A stretch of 64,000 nt of DNA, from the NCBI GenBank assembly GCA_026394475.1, contig JAPKYD010000108.1, positions 2,559 through 66,558 on the forward strand, read 5' to 3'. The first letter of the stretch is position 1, and every line of letters starts with the position of its first letter. Below are positions 19,984 through 29,684 of this stretch, piece after piece. Position numbers and translations under genes: made by a program. The notes below the pieces were generated by a model. The model ran no database searches. It saw nothing but the letters and a program-made list of their open reading frames with translations, and had not been told where the DNA came from. Origin of the DNA: Methanothrix sp. (GTDB lineage: Archaea > Halobacteriota > Methanosarcinia > Methanotrichales > Methanotrichaceae).

Positions 19984-20694
19984 ATGGAAACAGACGTCGT
20001 GGCGGCCATAAGAGAAGAGCTGGAGCAGAGCGCAGACGAGAAGACGAGAGACAATGCCAATCGCTTCTTCAAGGAGGAAGTGAAGTTCTACGGTGTGAAG
20101 AGCGCAGTGGTCAGAAAAATTGCCGAGAAATATTTCAAAGAGATAAAAACCAAAGATAAGAAGGAGATCTTCTCCTTATGTGAAAGGCTCCTGGAGTCGA
20201 ACTTTGGCGAGGAGGCCGCCGTCGCCTTTGAGTGGGCCTACTCCCTCCGAAAGAGATACGAGCCCACAGACTTCCAGGTATTCGAGAGCTGGGTTCGGGA
20301 GTACGTCGACAACTGGGCGAAATGCGACACTCTCTGCAACCACACTTTAGGCTCCTTCATCGAGCAGTACCCTGAATTCATAAGAAATCTCAAAGATTGG
20401 GCCCGGTCGGAGAACAGGTGGCTTCGACGTGCCTCAGCAGTGACGTTGATCCTCCCGGCCAGGAAGGGGAAGTTCCTGGAGGACGTGCTGCAGATCTCAG
20501 ACCTTCTGCTGAAAGACAAAGACGACCTGGTGCAGAAGGGCTACGGCTGGATGCTGAAAGAGGCGAGCAAGAAACACCAGGAAGAGGTCTACGACCACAT
20601 CATGAAGCGAAAGAGTGAGATGCCCAGGACAGCGCTGAGGTATGCCCTGGAGAAGATGCCCGAGAATTTGAGAAGAAAGGCCATGCAGAGATAG
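19984..20694 (+). CDS. DNA alkylation repair protein (AlkD-like HEAT-repeat glycosylase)
   Basis: DNWAKCD, W..SENRWLRRAS, DLVQKGYGWMLKE, MPRTALRYALEK. Confidence 0.9.
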   Translation: METDVVAAIREELEQSADEKTRDNANRFFKEEVKFYGVKSAVVRKIAEKYFKEIKTKDKKEIFSLCERLLESNFGEEAAVAFEWAYSLRKRYEPTDFQVFESWVREYVDNWAKCDTLCNHTLGSFIEQYPEFIRNLKDWARSENRWLRRASAVTLILPARKGKFLEDVLQISDLLLKDKDDLVQKGYGWMLKEASKKHQEEVYDHIMKRKSEMPRTALRYALEKMPENLRRKAMQR

Positions 20695-21336
20695 TTGATG
20701 GAAAGCCTCGAAGAGCGCATCAGAAGGGTGGTTCAGGAGAACGTGGCCCTGGTCCCTTACGATCCCAAATGGCCCAGGCTCTTCCAGGAAGAGAAGGAGC
20801 ATCTTTTGGCCTGTCTGCCTCGGGAGATCATCGGCCAAATTGAGCACTTCGGAAGCACCGCCGTTCCCGGCCTGGCAGCAAAGCCCATCATCGATATCCT
20901 GGTGGAGGTTGCATCTTTGGAGGAGACCAGGCTGAGGATAGTTTCCATCTTGGAGGCGCAGGGCTACGATTACTTCTGGAGGCCGACCTGGGATGATGGC
21001 ACACCGCCCTTCTATGCCTGGTTCATCAAGAGAGACTCTGAAGGCAGAAGGACTCATCATCTCCACATGGTGGAGCGCCATTTCGAGCACTGGGATCGCT
21101 TACTCTTTCGGGACTATCTCAGGGTGCATCCTGAGGCGGCTGGGGAATACCAGAGGCTGAAGATGCGTCTGGCCGCGAGATACCTCCATGATCGCGTGGC
21201 CTACACCAGAGGGAAGACCGACTTCATCCTGAAAGCAATGGAGCAGGCGAAACGGGATTTGCGGATGGCCCAACCGCCTGCTGGAGGATACAAGCCAAAA
21301 AGTGGTGTCTTGGATATAAAGCATTCTTCTTTCTAA
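20695..21336 (+). CDS. GrpB/UPF0157 nucleotidyltransferase-fold protein
   Basis: PYDPKWP..F, IEHFGSTAVPGLAAKPIIDI, FRDYLR, Y..GKT.FI. Confidence 0.9.
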   Translation: MMESLEERIRRVVQENVALVPYDPKWPRLFQEEKEHLLACLPREIIGQIEHFGSTAVPGLAAKPIIDILVEVASLEETRLRIVSILEAQGYDYFWRPTWDDGTPPFYAWFIKRDSEGRRTHHLHMVERHFEHWDRLLFRDYLRVHPEAAGEYQRLKMRLAARYLHDRVAYTRGKTDFILKAMEQAKRDLRMAQPPAGGYKPKSGVLDIKHSSF

Positions 21337-22133
21337 GGGCCGTCTTCGGCGCTTTCCTTCTCTTTGGCCTGCTGCTCCTCTCGCCGCCTCTGCAGCATGT
21401 CCACGAAGCCGGAGGTGAGGATGGACGTGGGAAGGGCGAAGGTGGCCACTCCTAATATTATTATCAGACCGCCCACCACTTTTCCCAAGGGGGTTACGGG
21501 ATAGACATTCTCGCCGATGGTGGTCATGGTCAGCACCGCCCACCACATGGTAGCAGGGATGTTCGGAAAGTTTTGGGGCTGAGCATCGTGCTCCAGGAAG
21601 TAGACCACCGTCGAGGACAGAACCAGGAAGAAGATTATGGCCGAAAAGCTCATGGCCAGCTCGCGCTGCTGGGCCTTGATGACGTCTATTATGGTCTGAA
21701 GCGACTGGGAGTACCGGTGAAGTTTTAGCAGCCGGAAGGTCCAAAGAATCCTGAGGCTGCGCAGGAGCCTGTGGTCCGTCTGGAATGCCAGCGCCAGATA
21801 GAATGGCAGGATGACCATGAGATCTATGAGAGCCAGAGGAGTCAGGACGTACCTCAGCCTTCCCAGAAGAGGATTTTTGTAGCTTGGGTCCATATTGCAA
21901 GACCAGACGCGCAAAATATATTCTATAGTAAATATTATAACTGATATATCTAAAAAATAATTGAAAAGAACCTTATGCGCCGCATAGATGCTCTCCACGG
22001 TCTCCAAGACCACGGCGGTGACGTTGAGGATCACCAGGATCAGCAAAAAGACGTTCACTGCCTCGGCCGTCCTGTCGTCGGATTCCGTTGCTTCCAGAAT
22101 CTCGTAGGTCCGGAGCTTATAGCTTTTGGCCAT
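21333..22133 (-). CDS. 6TM voltage-gated cation channel (Kv-like) with atypical filter
   Basis: S2 FTIEYILR, S4 RLLRSLRILWTFRLLKL, pore helix WWAVLTMTTIGENVYP. Confidence 0.85.
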   Translation of the reverse strand: MAKSYKLRTYEILEATESDDRTAEAVNVFLLILVILNVTAVVLETVESIYAAHKVLFNYFLDISVIIFTIEYILRVWSCNMDPSYKNPLLGRLRYVLTPLALIDLMVILPFYLALAFQTDHRLLRSLRILWTFRLLKLHRYSQSLQTIIDVIKAQQRELAMSFSAIIFFLVLSSTVVYFLEHDAQPQNFPNIPATMWWAVLTMTTIGENVYPVTPLGKVVGGLIIILGVATFALPTSILTSGFVDMLQRRREEQQAKEKESAEDGP

Positions 22134-22185
22134 CTTGACTCCTTTGTATCTATCTTAATATATACGAACTTGCCCTCTTTTTAAT

Positions 22186-22908
22186 ATGCGTGCCGCCTGC
22201 CTCCAGCTTCGCGTCGAGCTCTGCCAGCCCAAGGAGAACCTTTGCAGGGCTTTGGAGCTGGCCCGCGAGGCCTTGCGCCGCGAAGCTGAGATACTGATCT
22301 ATCCCGAGCTCTTTCTCACGGGCTTCTGCTACGAAGCCGGGGCGCATGACCTTCCGCCTTTTCCCCTTCTTGATCCCTTCCGGGCGCTGGCGCGCGAGCA
22401 TGAGTGCCTGATCATCGGCTCCTTTTGCAGCGGCCGTCAAAACCTGGGGTTCTGCCTCGATGCGGAAGGCCTGGAGCTGCGGCCCAAGATCCATCCCTTC
22501 GATAAGGAGAAGGAGCACTTCGATGGCGGCGATTTCATCTCGCCCGTGGCCACGAAATGGGGCATGGCGGGCCTTGAGATCTGCTACGACCTGCGCTTCC
22601 CCGAGGTGGCGCGGGCCCTGGCCCTCCAAGGCGCAGACTTCCTAGTGACCGTGGGCCAGTTTCCCGCGGCCCGCAGGGCACAGTGGCGGGCCCTCTGCCT
22701 GGCCCGGGCCATCGAGAACCAGATGCCCCACCTGGCCTGCAACTGGGCGGATGGGGGAGCCTCTCTCATCGTCAGCGCTCGCGGTGAGGTACAGGCCGAG
22801 GCTGGATCCGGGGAGGCGGTGATCGTGGACGAGGTTGACCTGGCCGAGCGGGATGCAGTGCGCCGCGAGATCCCCTGCTTCGCCGACCGGCGGCCAGAGA
22901 TCTACTGA
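22186..22908 (+). CDS. Nitrilase / carbon-nitrogen hydrolase
   Basis: E-K-C triad: YPELF, RPKIH, EICYDLRFPE; RAIENQ. Confidence 0.9.
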   Translation: MRAACLQLRVELCQPKENLCRALELAREALRREAEILIYPELFLTGFCYEAGAHDLPPFPLLDPFRALAREHECLIIGSFCSGRQNLGFCLDAEGLELRPKIHPFDKEKEHFDGGDFISPVATKWGMAGLEICYDLRFPEVARALALQGADFLVTVGQFPAARRAQWRALCLARAIENQMPHLACNWADGGASLIVSARGEVQAEAGSGEAVIVDEVDLAERDAVRREIPCFADRRPEIY

Positions 22909-22911
22909 GGT

Positions 22912-24105
22912 GTGATCTTGAACGCCTTGACCAGGAATTTCCTGATCTCGAAGTTCAGGGAGTACTATCTTGAGTCCTCTCTGGACGTCCCGCCCTCCCT
23001 GGAGGCGCGCGAGTGGGGCTTCATCCTCTTCGACGACTCCGGCATGCGCCGCCACAAGTCCTTCTTTGGCCGGGGCGAGCTGGCGGACTACGTGCGCAGC
23101 ATGGTGCCTGCCCACATCTATCACTCCGCTGCTTACTACCAGCGGCCCGGAGCGCCCACCATGAAGGAGAAGCTCTGGCAGGGCGCGGATCTGATCTTTG
23201 ATCTGGATGCCGATCACCTGCGCAAAGCGCCCCAATCCTACGGGGAGATGCTGGCCATGGTGAAAAAGGAGACACTGAAGCTCCTGGGCTTTCTCACGGC
23301 GGACTTCGGGTTTGCGGAGAAAAGCATCGATGTGGCTTTCTCTGGAGGTAGGGGTTACCACATACACATTCGAGACCCAAGAGTGCTGACCCTTGGTAGC
23401 GATGAGCGGCGGGAGGTGTTGGACTACCTGACCGGCAGGGGGCTTGATATCAATAGGTTGAGATTTAAGGTAGTGGTCTCCGGTGATTTCGGTGATGACA
23501 AGGTTCGTGCCCTCAGATGTTCGCCTGAGAATTCGCTTGGATGGGGCGGTAGATTCAATGATGCTATTGTCAAGTTCGCTGAGGAAATTCGCAGCATGGA
23601 TGAAAAGAGCGCAGTGATAAAGCTGACCAAGATAAAAAGCATCGGAAAAGTTCGCGCTGTCGATTTCTATTCACGCATCAAGAGCGATCAGGTTTTAGAA
23701 GACATACGCTCTGGCAATCTGGATAGTTTGAAGGGTGTTCAAGAAATTTGGAAATACGTTATCGATAATAATCTTGCTGACCAGTTTGTGCAAGTCTTGG
23801 GTGGCGAGACCGACGAGCCTGTCACCGCCGATGTGCGCCGGCTGATTCGCTGTCCTGGAAGCCTGCACGGCGGCTCTGGCTTCCGGGTGACGCCATTAAC
23901 CCTGTCCGGCCTGGAGGAGTTCGATCCCCTGCAGGATGCCGTGGTCTTCGGTGATGATCCCGTGCCCCTGGAGATCCAGAAGCCCTTTTGCACGGAGATG
24001 AAGGGCGAGCGCTATTCTCTGGCCGAGGGCGGAACGGAGGTGCCGCTGCACGCGGCGGTCTTCCTCATGGCCCGGGGTGTGGCGGAAGCGCGGGCAAAGC
24101 TTTGA
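22912..24105 (+). CDS. priS: DNA primase catalytic subunit
   Basis: REWGF, LIFDLDAD, FSGGRGYH, DEPVTADVRRLIR.PGSLH. Confidence 0.95.
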   Translation: MILNALTRNFLISKFREYYLESSLDVPPSLEAREWGFILFDDSGMRRHKSFFGRGELADYVRSMVPAHIYHSAAYYQRPGAPTMKEKLWQGADLIFDLDADHLRKAPQSYGEMLAMVKKETLKLLGFLTADFGFAEKSIDVAFSGGRGYHIHIRDPRVLTLGSDERREVLDYLTGRGLDINRLRFKVVVSGDFGDDKVRALRCSPENSLGWGGRFNDAIVKFAEEIRSMDEKSAVIKLTKIKSIGKVRAVDFYSRIKSDQVLEDIRSGNLDSLKGVQEIWKYVIDNNLADQFVQVLGGETDEPVTADVRRLIRCPGSLHGGSGFRVTPLTLSGLEEFDPLQDAVVFGDDPVPLEIQKPFCTEMKGERYSLAEGGTEVPLHAAVFLMARGVAEARAKL

Positions 24106-24176
24106 ATCAGTGATAAATCTATATATAGTATCCAATCTTTGATAAAGAGCCGCGCCTAAGGGCTGACGGAGGATGA

Positions 24177-24755
24177 ATGGACCTGGCCAACACGCTCCGG
24201 GAGGAGCGCAAGTCCGCGGAGCTCCAGCATCTGGATAAGAACTTTTACCAGCAGGTCGGAGCCTATCTGGTCGGCCTGGGGCAGGAGCACTCCAAGGTAG
24301 GAGACCCCTTCAGCGTAGAGGCCCAGATCCTCCATGATACCCTCAAGGGCGAGAAGAGCAGTGTGAACAAGCTCATCGACCAGAGGCTGAAGAAGATCGT
24401 CCGCCGGGCGCTGCGCAACGCCCGCACCGATTCCAGGGAGGACGCCTTCCAGGGCATGACGGAGGAAGAGGAGGAGATCTACAGGAGCCTTCTTTCGGGC
24501 ATTGCAAAAGGACGCGAGGCCATAATGGCTCACGTGTCTCACACCGAAAGGCCTTTAACGGGCAAGAAAGATATAATCCGGGACTACGAAGTTGTTAGGT
24601 TGCTGGATAGTGTTCCTTTGTTTGTGGGAATTGACGGGAGGATTTATCTCCTCTCCAAAGACGATGTGGCAGCCCTTCCGGCCGTTCACGCCAAAAACCT
24701 GCGAAACAAAAATCTAGCGGCTGAAGTGAAGATTGAGAGAGATGATCTGAAGTGA
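24177..24755 (+). CDS. GINS complex subunit (Gins51-like)
   Basis: R.ERK..ELQ.L...FY, RLKKIV, C-terminal FVGIDG.IY.L...DV..LP B-domain; syntenic after priS. Confidence 0.8.
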   Translation: MDLANTLREERKSAELQHLDKNFYQQVGAYLVGLGQEHSKVGDPFSVEAQILHDTLKGEKSSVNKLIDQRLKKIVRRALRNARTDSREDAFQGMTEEEEEIYRSLLSGIAKGREAIMAHVSHTERPLTGKKDIIRDYEVVRLLDSVPLFVGIDGRIYLLSKDDVAALPAVHAKNLRNKNLAAEVKIERDDLK

Positions 24756-25033
24756 AGATGCCAAAAAACCTTAACGCTTACTGCCCATTCTGCAAAAAGC
24801 ACACCGCCCAAACGGTGGAGCGGGTGAGAAAGGGCCGGGCTTCCTCCTTGACTCACATTTCCAGGCAGAAGCTCAGAGCCAATGGAATCGGAAATCAAGG
24901 CAAGTTCTCCAAAGTGCCTGGCGGCGACAAGCCCACCAAGAGGCTGAACCTCAGGTACCGCTGCAGCGTCTGCAAGAAGGCTCACAACCGGCCTGGCTTT
25001 CGGGCGGGCAAGTTCGACCTGGTGGAGGGATAG
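24752..25033 (+). CDS. rpl44e: 50S ribosomal protein L44e
   Basis: [24 protein letters not shown]. Confidence 0.95.
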   Translation: MKMPKNLNAYCPFCKKHTAQTVERVRKGRASSLTHISRQKLRANGIGNQGKFSKVPGGDKPTKRLNLRYRCSVCKKAHNRPGFRAGKFDLVEG

Positions 25034-25035
25034 AT

Positions 25036-25203
25036 CTGTCATCCAAGTTCATCAAGGTAAAGTGCAACGACTGCGAGAACGAGCAGGTGATCTTCGCCCA
25101 TGCCTCCACGATCGTGAAGTGCCTGGTATGCGGGCGGACTTTGGCTGAGCCCACGGGCGGCAAGGCCGAGATCAAGACCCAGGTAGTGGAAGCCTTAGAG
25201 TGA
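25036..25203 (+). CDS. rps27e: 30S ribosomal protein S27e (apparent CTG start)
   Basis: Manual translation (L)[54 protein letters not shown]; C4 zinc ribbon; conserved position. Missing from the ORF track. Confidence 0.93.
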   Translation: MSSKFIKVKCNDCENEQVIFAHASTIVKCLVCGRTLAEPTGGKAEIKTQVVEALE

Positions 25204-25209
25204 TCTTTG

Positions 25210-25983
25210 ATGCAACGTGAGGGCTGGCCAGAGCCTGGATCCCTAGTGGTCTGCACTGTGACTCAAGTGGTGGACTTCGGAGCCTTCGTCTCTCTGGATG
25301 AGTATTCCGGCAAGCAGGGCCTGATTCACATCTCTGAGGTGGCCAGCGGATGGATAAAGTACATCCGCGACCACGTGCGAGAGGGGCAGAAGATCGTCTG
25401 CAAAGTCCTGAATGTGGACACGTCCCGGCACCATATCGACCTCTCCCTGAAAGATGTGAATGAGCATCAGCGCCGGGAGAAGATCCAGGAGTGGAAGGCC
25501 GACCAGAAGGCCTGGAAATGGCTGGAGATGGCCTACAAAGACCGGCCCGAGGATGTCAAGCGCGTGGCCGACGCCCTGGTGGCCGCCTACGACAGCCTCT
25601 ACCTGGCTATGGAAGAGGCGGCGATCAGCGGAGCTGATGCCCTGAAAGATGCGGGCCTGCCAGAGGAAGACGTAGCCATCCTGGAAAATCTCTCCAAGGA
25701 GAACGTCAAGATACCCTCCGTTAACATCAGCGGCTACGTGGATATCACCTCTCCGGCTCCTGATGGCGTGGAGGTCATCCGCAAGGCCCTCAAGCAGGCC
25801 AAGCGCATCAAAGACAAGGATGCGACGCTCAACGTCACCTACATCGGTGCGCCACGCTACCGCATTCATGTTACCGCTCCCGACTACAAGCATGCTGAGT
25901 CTGTTCTCAAGAAGTCTGCTCAGGCTGTGGTGAAGTACATCGAGCAGCACGGCGGAGAAGGCACCTTCCTCAGAGAAGCATGA
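25210..25983 (+). CDS. eif2a: Translation initiation factor aIF-2 alpha
   Basis: S1 domain GAFVSLDEY..GLIHISEVASGWIK; YIGAPRY. Confidence 0.95.
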   Translation: MQREGWPEPGSLVVCTVTQVVDFGAFVSLDEYSGKQGLIHISEVASGWIKYIRDHVREGQKIVCKVLNVDTSRHHIDLSLKDVNEHQRREKIQEWKADQKAWKWLEMAYKDRPEDVKRVADALVAAYDSLYLAMEEAAISGADALKDAGLPEEDVAILENLSKENVKIPSVNISGYVDITSPAPDGVEVIRKALKQAKRIKDKDATLNVTYIGAPRYRIHVTAPDYKHAESVLKKSAQAVVKYIEQHGGEGTFLREA

Positions 25984-26141
25984 GATCCAAGATCCTGAGG
26001 TGTACGGCCTGCGGCCGCTACACCCTGAAGGATGCCTGTCCCCTCTGCGGCGCCCCTGCTGTTATTACCAAGCCGGCGAGGTTCTCTCCCGATGATCCTT
26101 ATGGAAAGTACAGGAGAGCCCTTGCCCAGGAGGCAAAATGA
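25980..26141 (+). CDS. nop10: H/ACA RNP protein Nop10
   Basis: Manual translation MRSKILRCTACGRYTLKDACPLCG...PARFSPDDPYGKYRR; ATGA overlaps at both ends. Confidence 0.92.
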   Translation: MRSKILRCTACGRYTLKDACPLCGAPAVITKPARFSPDDPYGKYRRALAQEAK

Positions 26142-26908
26142 AGGAGACGCTAGTTCACCGCGTAAGAGAAATGACGCTTAAGAATCCCATCATGGTGGAG
26201 GGGCTACCCGGCGTGGGTCATGTGGGAAAGCTGGTGGCCGATCACATGGTGGAGGAGCTGCAAGCGGAGAAGATCATCGAGATATACTCCCCGCACTTTC
26301 CGCCCCAGGTCATGGTGAAAGAAGACGGCACCATCAAGCAGGTCAGGAACGAGATCTATGCTCGCCAGGGAAAGGATGGCGAGCCGGATCTGCTCATCCT
26401 CATCGGCGATTACCAGAGCGCCACCAACGAGGGGCACTATGAGCTCACGAGCATCTTCCTGGATATTGCCCAGAGCTTCCAGGTGCAGCGCATCTATGCC
26501 CTGGGCGGCTATGGCACGGGTCAGTTCGTTGATAGGCCCACAGTCATGGGTGCTGCCACCAGGGCGGAGCTGGTGGAGGAGATGAAGCAGCAGGGGGTAG
26601 TCTTTCACGAGAACGAGCCGGGAGGAGGCATTATCGGTGTCTCCGGGCTCCTGCTGGGGCTGGGAGCCCTGCGGGGCATGGATGCCGTCTGCCTGATGGG
26701 AGTTACCAGCGGATATCTCGTCGATCCCAAGGCGGCGCAGGAAGTGCTCAGGGTTCTCTCCCGCATTCTGGGGCTGGACGTAGGCATGCAGGCTCTGGAG
26801 GAGCGGGCAAAGGAGATGGAGAAGATCATAGGCAAGCTCCAGGAGATGGAGCGGGCCCAGGCACCTTACGAGGCAGGCGGAGATGAAGATCTCAGATACA
26901 TCGGATAG
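26138..26908 (+). CDS. PAC2-family proteasome assembly chaperone
   Basis: EGLPGVGHVGKL, YALGG, GIIGVSGLLLG, SGYLVDPKAA. Confidence 0.9.
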   Translation: MKETLVHRVREMTLKNPIMVEGLPGVGHVGKLVADHMVEELQAEKIIEIYSPHFPPQVMVKEDGTIKQVRNEIYARQGKDGEPDLLILIGDYQSATNEGHYELTSIFLDIAQSFQVQRIYALGGYGTGQFVDRPTVMGAATRAELVEEMKQQGVVFHENEPGGGIIGVSGLLLGLGALRGMDAVCLMGVTSGYLVDPKAAQEVLRVLSRILGLDVGMQALEERAKEMEKIIGKLQEMERAQAPYEAGGDEDLRYIG

Positions 26909-28217
26909 CCTCACCGAATATGCAGATCAGCTCCTGGCCTTGGCAAAGCAAGAGGGGGCGGAGGAGGCAGAGGTCTTTGGCGTCTTGGGCCGTTCCGTGG
27001 ACATAGACCTGCGAAAAAATGTGGTGGAACTGGCCAGCGAGAGCTTTCACCGCGGTCTGGGCCTGAGGGCGGTGGTGAAGGGGGCGGTCGGCTTTTCCAG
27101 CACCAGCGACATGAAACTCCTAGCATCAGTCGCCCGTAGCGCCGTAAGGGCCGCCCGGGCGAGAGGGTCAGACGAATCCTGGCGTTCCCTTCCCTTTCCT
27201 GAGAAGGCCGTCCAACCGGAGGGTGTCTTCGATGCGCAATTGGAAGGAATCGGGCCGGAGGTGTGTATTGATCAGGCGGAGAGCATGCTGCAGGGCTGTG
27301 CCGAGGTTCAGGGAGTGGAGCCTGTCTCCGGGGGCGTGGTTTGCGCTTCTGGAACAAGTTTTGTGATAAACACGCATGGCATTGAGCTGCTGGAGACCTC
27401 AACGCTGATGCATGCCTCTCTGGAAACCATCGCCAGAGGAGCAGACATTGCCACAGGCAGCGAGTTCCAGAATTCTCGAACCCTTCTTACCTCCCTGGGT
27501 GAAGTGGGGAAAGCAGCGGCCGAGATGGGCCGGGCATCTTTAGGAGGCGTGAAGGCCGAGAGCGGAACCTTCGAGGTTCTCCTCAAACCTCTGGCTTTTG
27601 CTGAGCTGCTGGAGAGCACCTTGCTGCCTTCCCTGTCCGCAGACAGCGTGCAAAAAGGGCGCTCTTCGCTGACGGGAAGGGTGGGAGAGATAATCTCTGC
27701 GGAAAGCCTCCGGGTTATGGATGACGGCCTGCTTGCGGGCGGCATGGACTCCTCGGCCTTCGATGGGGAAGGCGTGCCATCTCAGAAGAACGTTCTCATC
27801 GAAGAAGGCGTCTTAAAGGGATTCCTCTACGACAGCTACACGGCGGGAAAAGAGGGTCTTAGGTCCACGGGCAACGCGGTGCGCTCCGGATACTCTGATG
27901 TTCCCCGAGTGGGCATCCGAAACCTGATCGTAAGCTCCCCGGTGGCCCATGACCTACTGGCGGAGACGAAGGGATATCTCGTAAACGGTCTCATCGGTGC
28001 CCATACCGCCAACTCCATCTCCGGAGACTTCTCTGTGGAGGCAAGAAACGGCTTTTGGGTCATGCCGGGCGAGGAAGCGAAGCCAATTCGGTCCTTGATG
28101 CTTGCCGGGAACATCTTCGATCTCCTCAGGGATATTGAGGTGGGCACAGACCGGCGCATGGTGGGCGCCATTGTCACACCAACGGTCAAGGTCAGAATGA
28201 AAGTAGTAGGCAGCTGA
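26883..28217 (+). CDS. TldD/PmbA family protein (PmbA/TldE-like)
   Basis: FDGEG, STGNA, SGDFS, LAGNIFDLL. Start position uncertain. Confidence 0.88.
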   Translation: MKISDTSDSLTEYADQLLALAKQEGAEEAEVFGVLGRSVDIDLRKNVVELASESFHRGLGLRAVVKGAVGFSSTSDMKLLASVARSAVRAARARGSDESWRSLPFPEKAVQPEGVFDAQLEGIGPEVCIDQAESMLQGCAEVQGVEPVSGGVVCASGTSFVINTHGIELLETSTLMHASLETIARGADIATGSEFQNSRTLLTSLGEVGKAAAEMGRASLGGVKAESGTFEVLLKPLAFAELLESTLLPSLSADSVQKGRSSLTGRVGEIISAESLRVMDDGLLAGGMDSSAFDGEGVPSQKNVLIEEGVLKGFLYDSYTAGKEGLRSTGNAVRSGYSDVPRVGIRNLIVSSPVAHDLLAETKGYLVNGLIGAHTANSISGDFSVEARNGFWVMPGEEAKPIRSLMLAGNIFDLLRDIEVGTDRRMVGAIVTPTVKVRMKVVGS

Positions 28218-28219
28218 GG

Positions 28220-29083
28220 GTGGTTTTGATGATTATCGGAGGGCCGGCCTCCCAGCTCTTGGCAGGCAGGGTGGCGGCCATTTTAGGAGAAACGCTTGCT
28301 TTTTGCGATTACAGGAGATTTCCCGATGGTGAATCGTACACTCAGGTGATCACGCCTCTGGAGGACGAGGTAGCGATAATCCAATCCACGCCTACGGATC
28401 AAGATCTCGTTTATCTGTTGCAGCTCCTGGACATCTATCGGGATCGAAAGGTTTCGCTGGTCATACCCTACTTCGGCTATGCCCGCCAGGACAAGGTCTT
28501 CAAGCCCGGCGAGCCCATGACTGCCCGGGCGGTGGCCACGGCGCTCAATCCCTTCTTGAAGAACGGGCGGATCTATCTGGTGAACATCCACTCCCCGTCG
28601 ATATTGTCTCATTTTGAGTGCGAGGCCAAGAACCTGGACGCAACGCCCCTCTTGGCCGAGGGGATCGGCTCTCTTGGTCTTGAGGATCCAGCGATCGTAT
28701 CCCCCGATAAGGGCGCGGTGGCCATGGCGAAGACGGCAGCGGAGCGTTTGGGTGTAGATTACGATTACCTCCAGAAGACCAGGCTCTCTGGCACGGAGGT
28801 ATCCATGGCGCCGAAGGAGATTGATGTAAAGGGAAGGGACGTGGTTATCATCGACGACATGATCGCCACGGGCGGCACCATGGCTACGGCAATCTCCCTC
28901 CTTCGTCAGCAGGGGGCGAGGCGAGTCTATCTGGCGGCAGTACACGCTGTGCTCACGGGTTCGGCGGTGCTCAAGCTCTACCGCTCCGGAGTGGAGACAG
29001 TCCTGGCTACGGATACTTTGGACAAGGGCATCAGCACGGTCTCTGTTGCACCGCTGATTGCGGAGGCACTGAGGCCGAAGTAG
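28220..29083 (+). CDS. prs: Ribose-phosphate pyrophosphokinase
   Basis: FPDGE, PYFGYARQD, VSPDKG, IIDDMIATGGT. Confidence 0.95.
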   Translation: MVLMIIGGPASQLLAGRVAAILGETLAFCDYRRFPDGESYTQVITPLEDEVAIIQSTPTDQDLVYLLQLLDIYRDRKVSLVIPYFGYARQDKVFKPGEPMTARAVATALNPFLKNGRIYLVNIHSPSILSHFECEAKNLDATPLLAEGIGSLGLEDPAIVSPDKGAVAMAKTAAERLGVDYDYLQKTRLSGTEVSMAPKEIDVKGRDVVIIDDMIATGGTMATAISLLRQQGARRVYLAAVHAVLTGSAVLKLYRSGVETVLATDTLDKGISTVSVAPLIAEALRPK

Positions 29084-29160
29084 CGGAACTTGCGGCAATA
29101 GAATAGATTCGGGACGCAAGGCAGAAGCTTATTAATGTGCAGCCATAAATTAAGAGAAGG

Positions 29161-29663
29161 ATGAAGGTTCAGGCCAGGATAACCGGCGGCAAAATTCACG
29201 AGGTCGGATACAGATTCCATCTACTCATCAAGGCCATGGAATTAGGTTGCGAGAGGTTCTTTGCTCGCAACCGATTGGAGGATGGGCGTCAGCTTCTCCT
29301 AGCTCTGACTGAAGGTGACGAATTTCAGATTGCGGAGTTCAAAAGGTTCACAGAGACCAGTCGGCCTGAGGGCGCTGAGGTAGAAACGGTCGCTCTCGAG
29401 GATTACCACGGGCCTGTGATGTCTGTTGATAGGTATCTTCATTTTTTCATTGCTGATCAGCTAAACAAAGGAATTACAGCGCTTTTGCGAAATGACCGCA
29501 AACAAGACGAGATGCTTGAAAAGCAAGATAATCTGCTGGAAACGCAAGAAAAATGATTGAAGTGTTAGAGATCAAAAAGCAAAGGATAAGCCTTGAGCAA
29601 AGGCTGAAGCGAATTGAAGATGATATCGTTCGGCTTAAGGCAATGGTTGGCCTGGAAATTTAA
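29161..29663 (+). pseudogene. Acylphosphatase-like protein with coiled-coil tail, split by a frameshift at an A5 run (29549-29553)
   Basis: N-terminal acylphosphatase-like motif (KIHEVGYR) and KQDEMLEKQD repeats stop at 29556. The -1 frame continues MIEVLE...LEQRLKRIEDDIVRLKAMVGLEI* to 29663. Confidence 0.6.
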
Positions 29664-29684
29664 TTTTGCTCTGGTGATATTTTT

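Noticed and set aside
20680-20710. alkD and grpB are in frame and separated only by TAG (possible pyrrolysine read-through fusion)
   Set aside because: TTG-ATG starts follow immediately, both proteins are complete on their own, and there are no pyl genes in the window. Simple translational coupling explains it.
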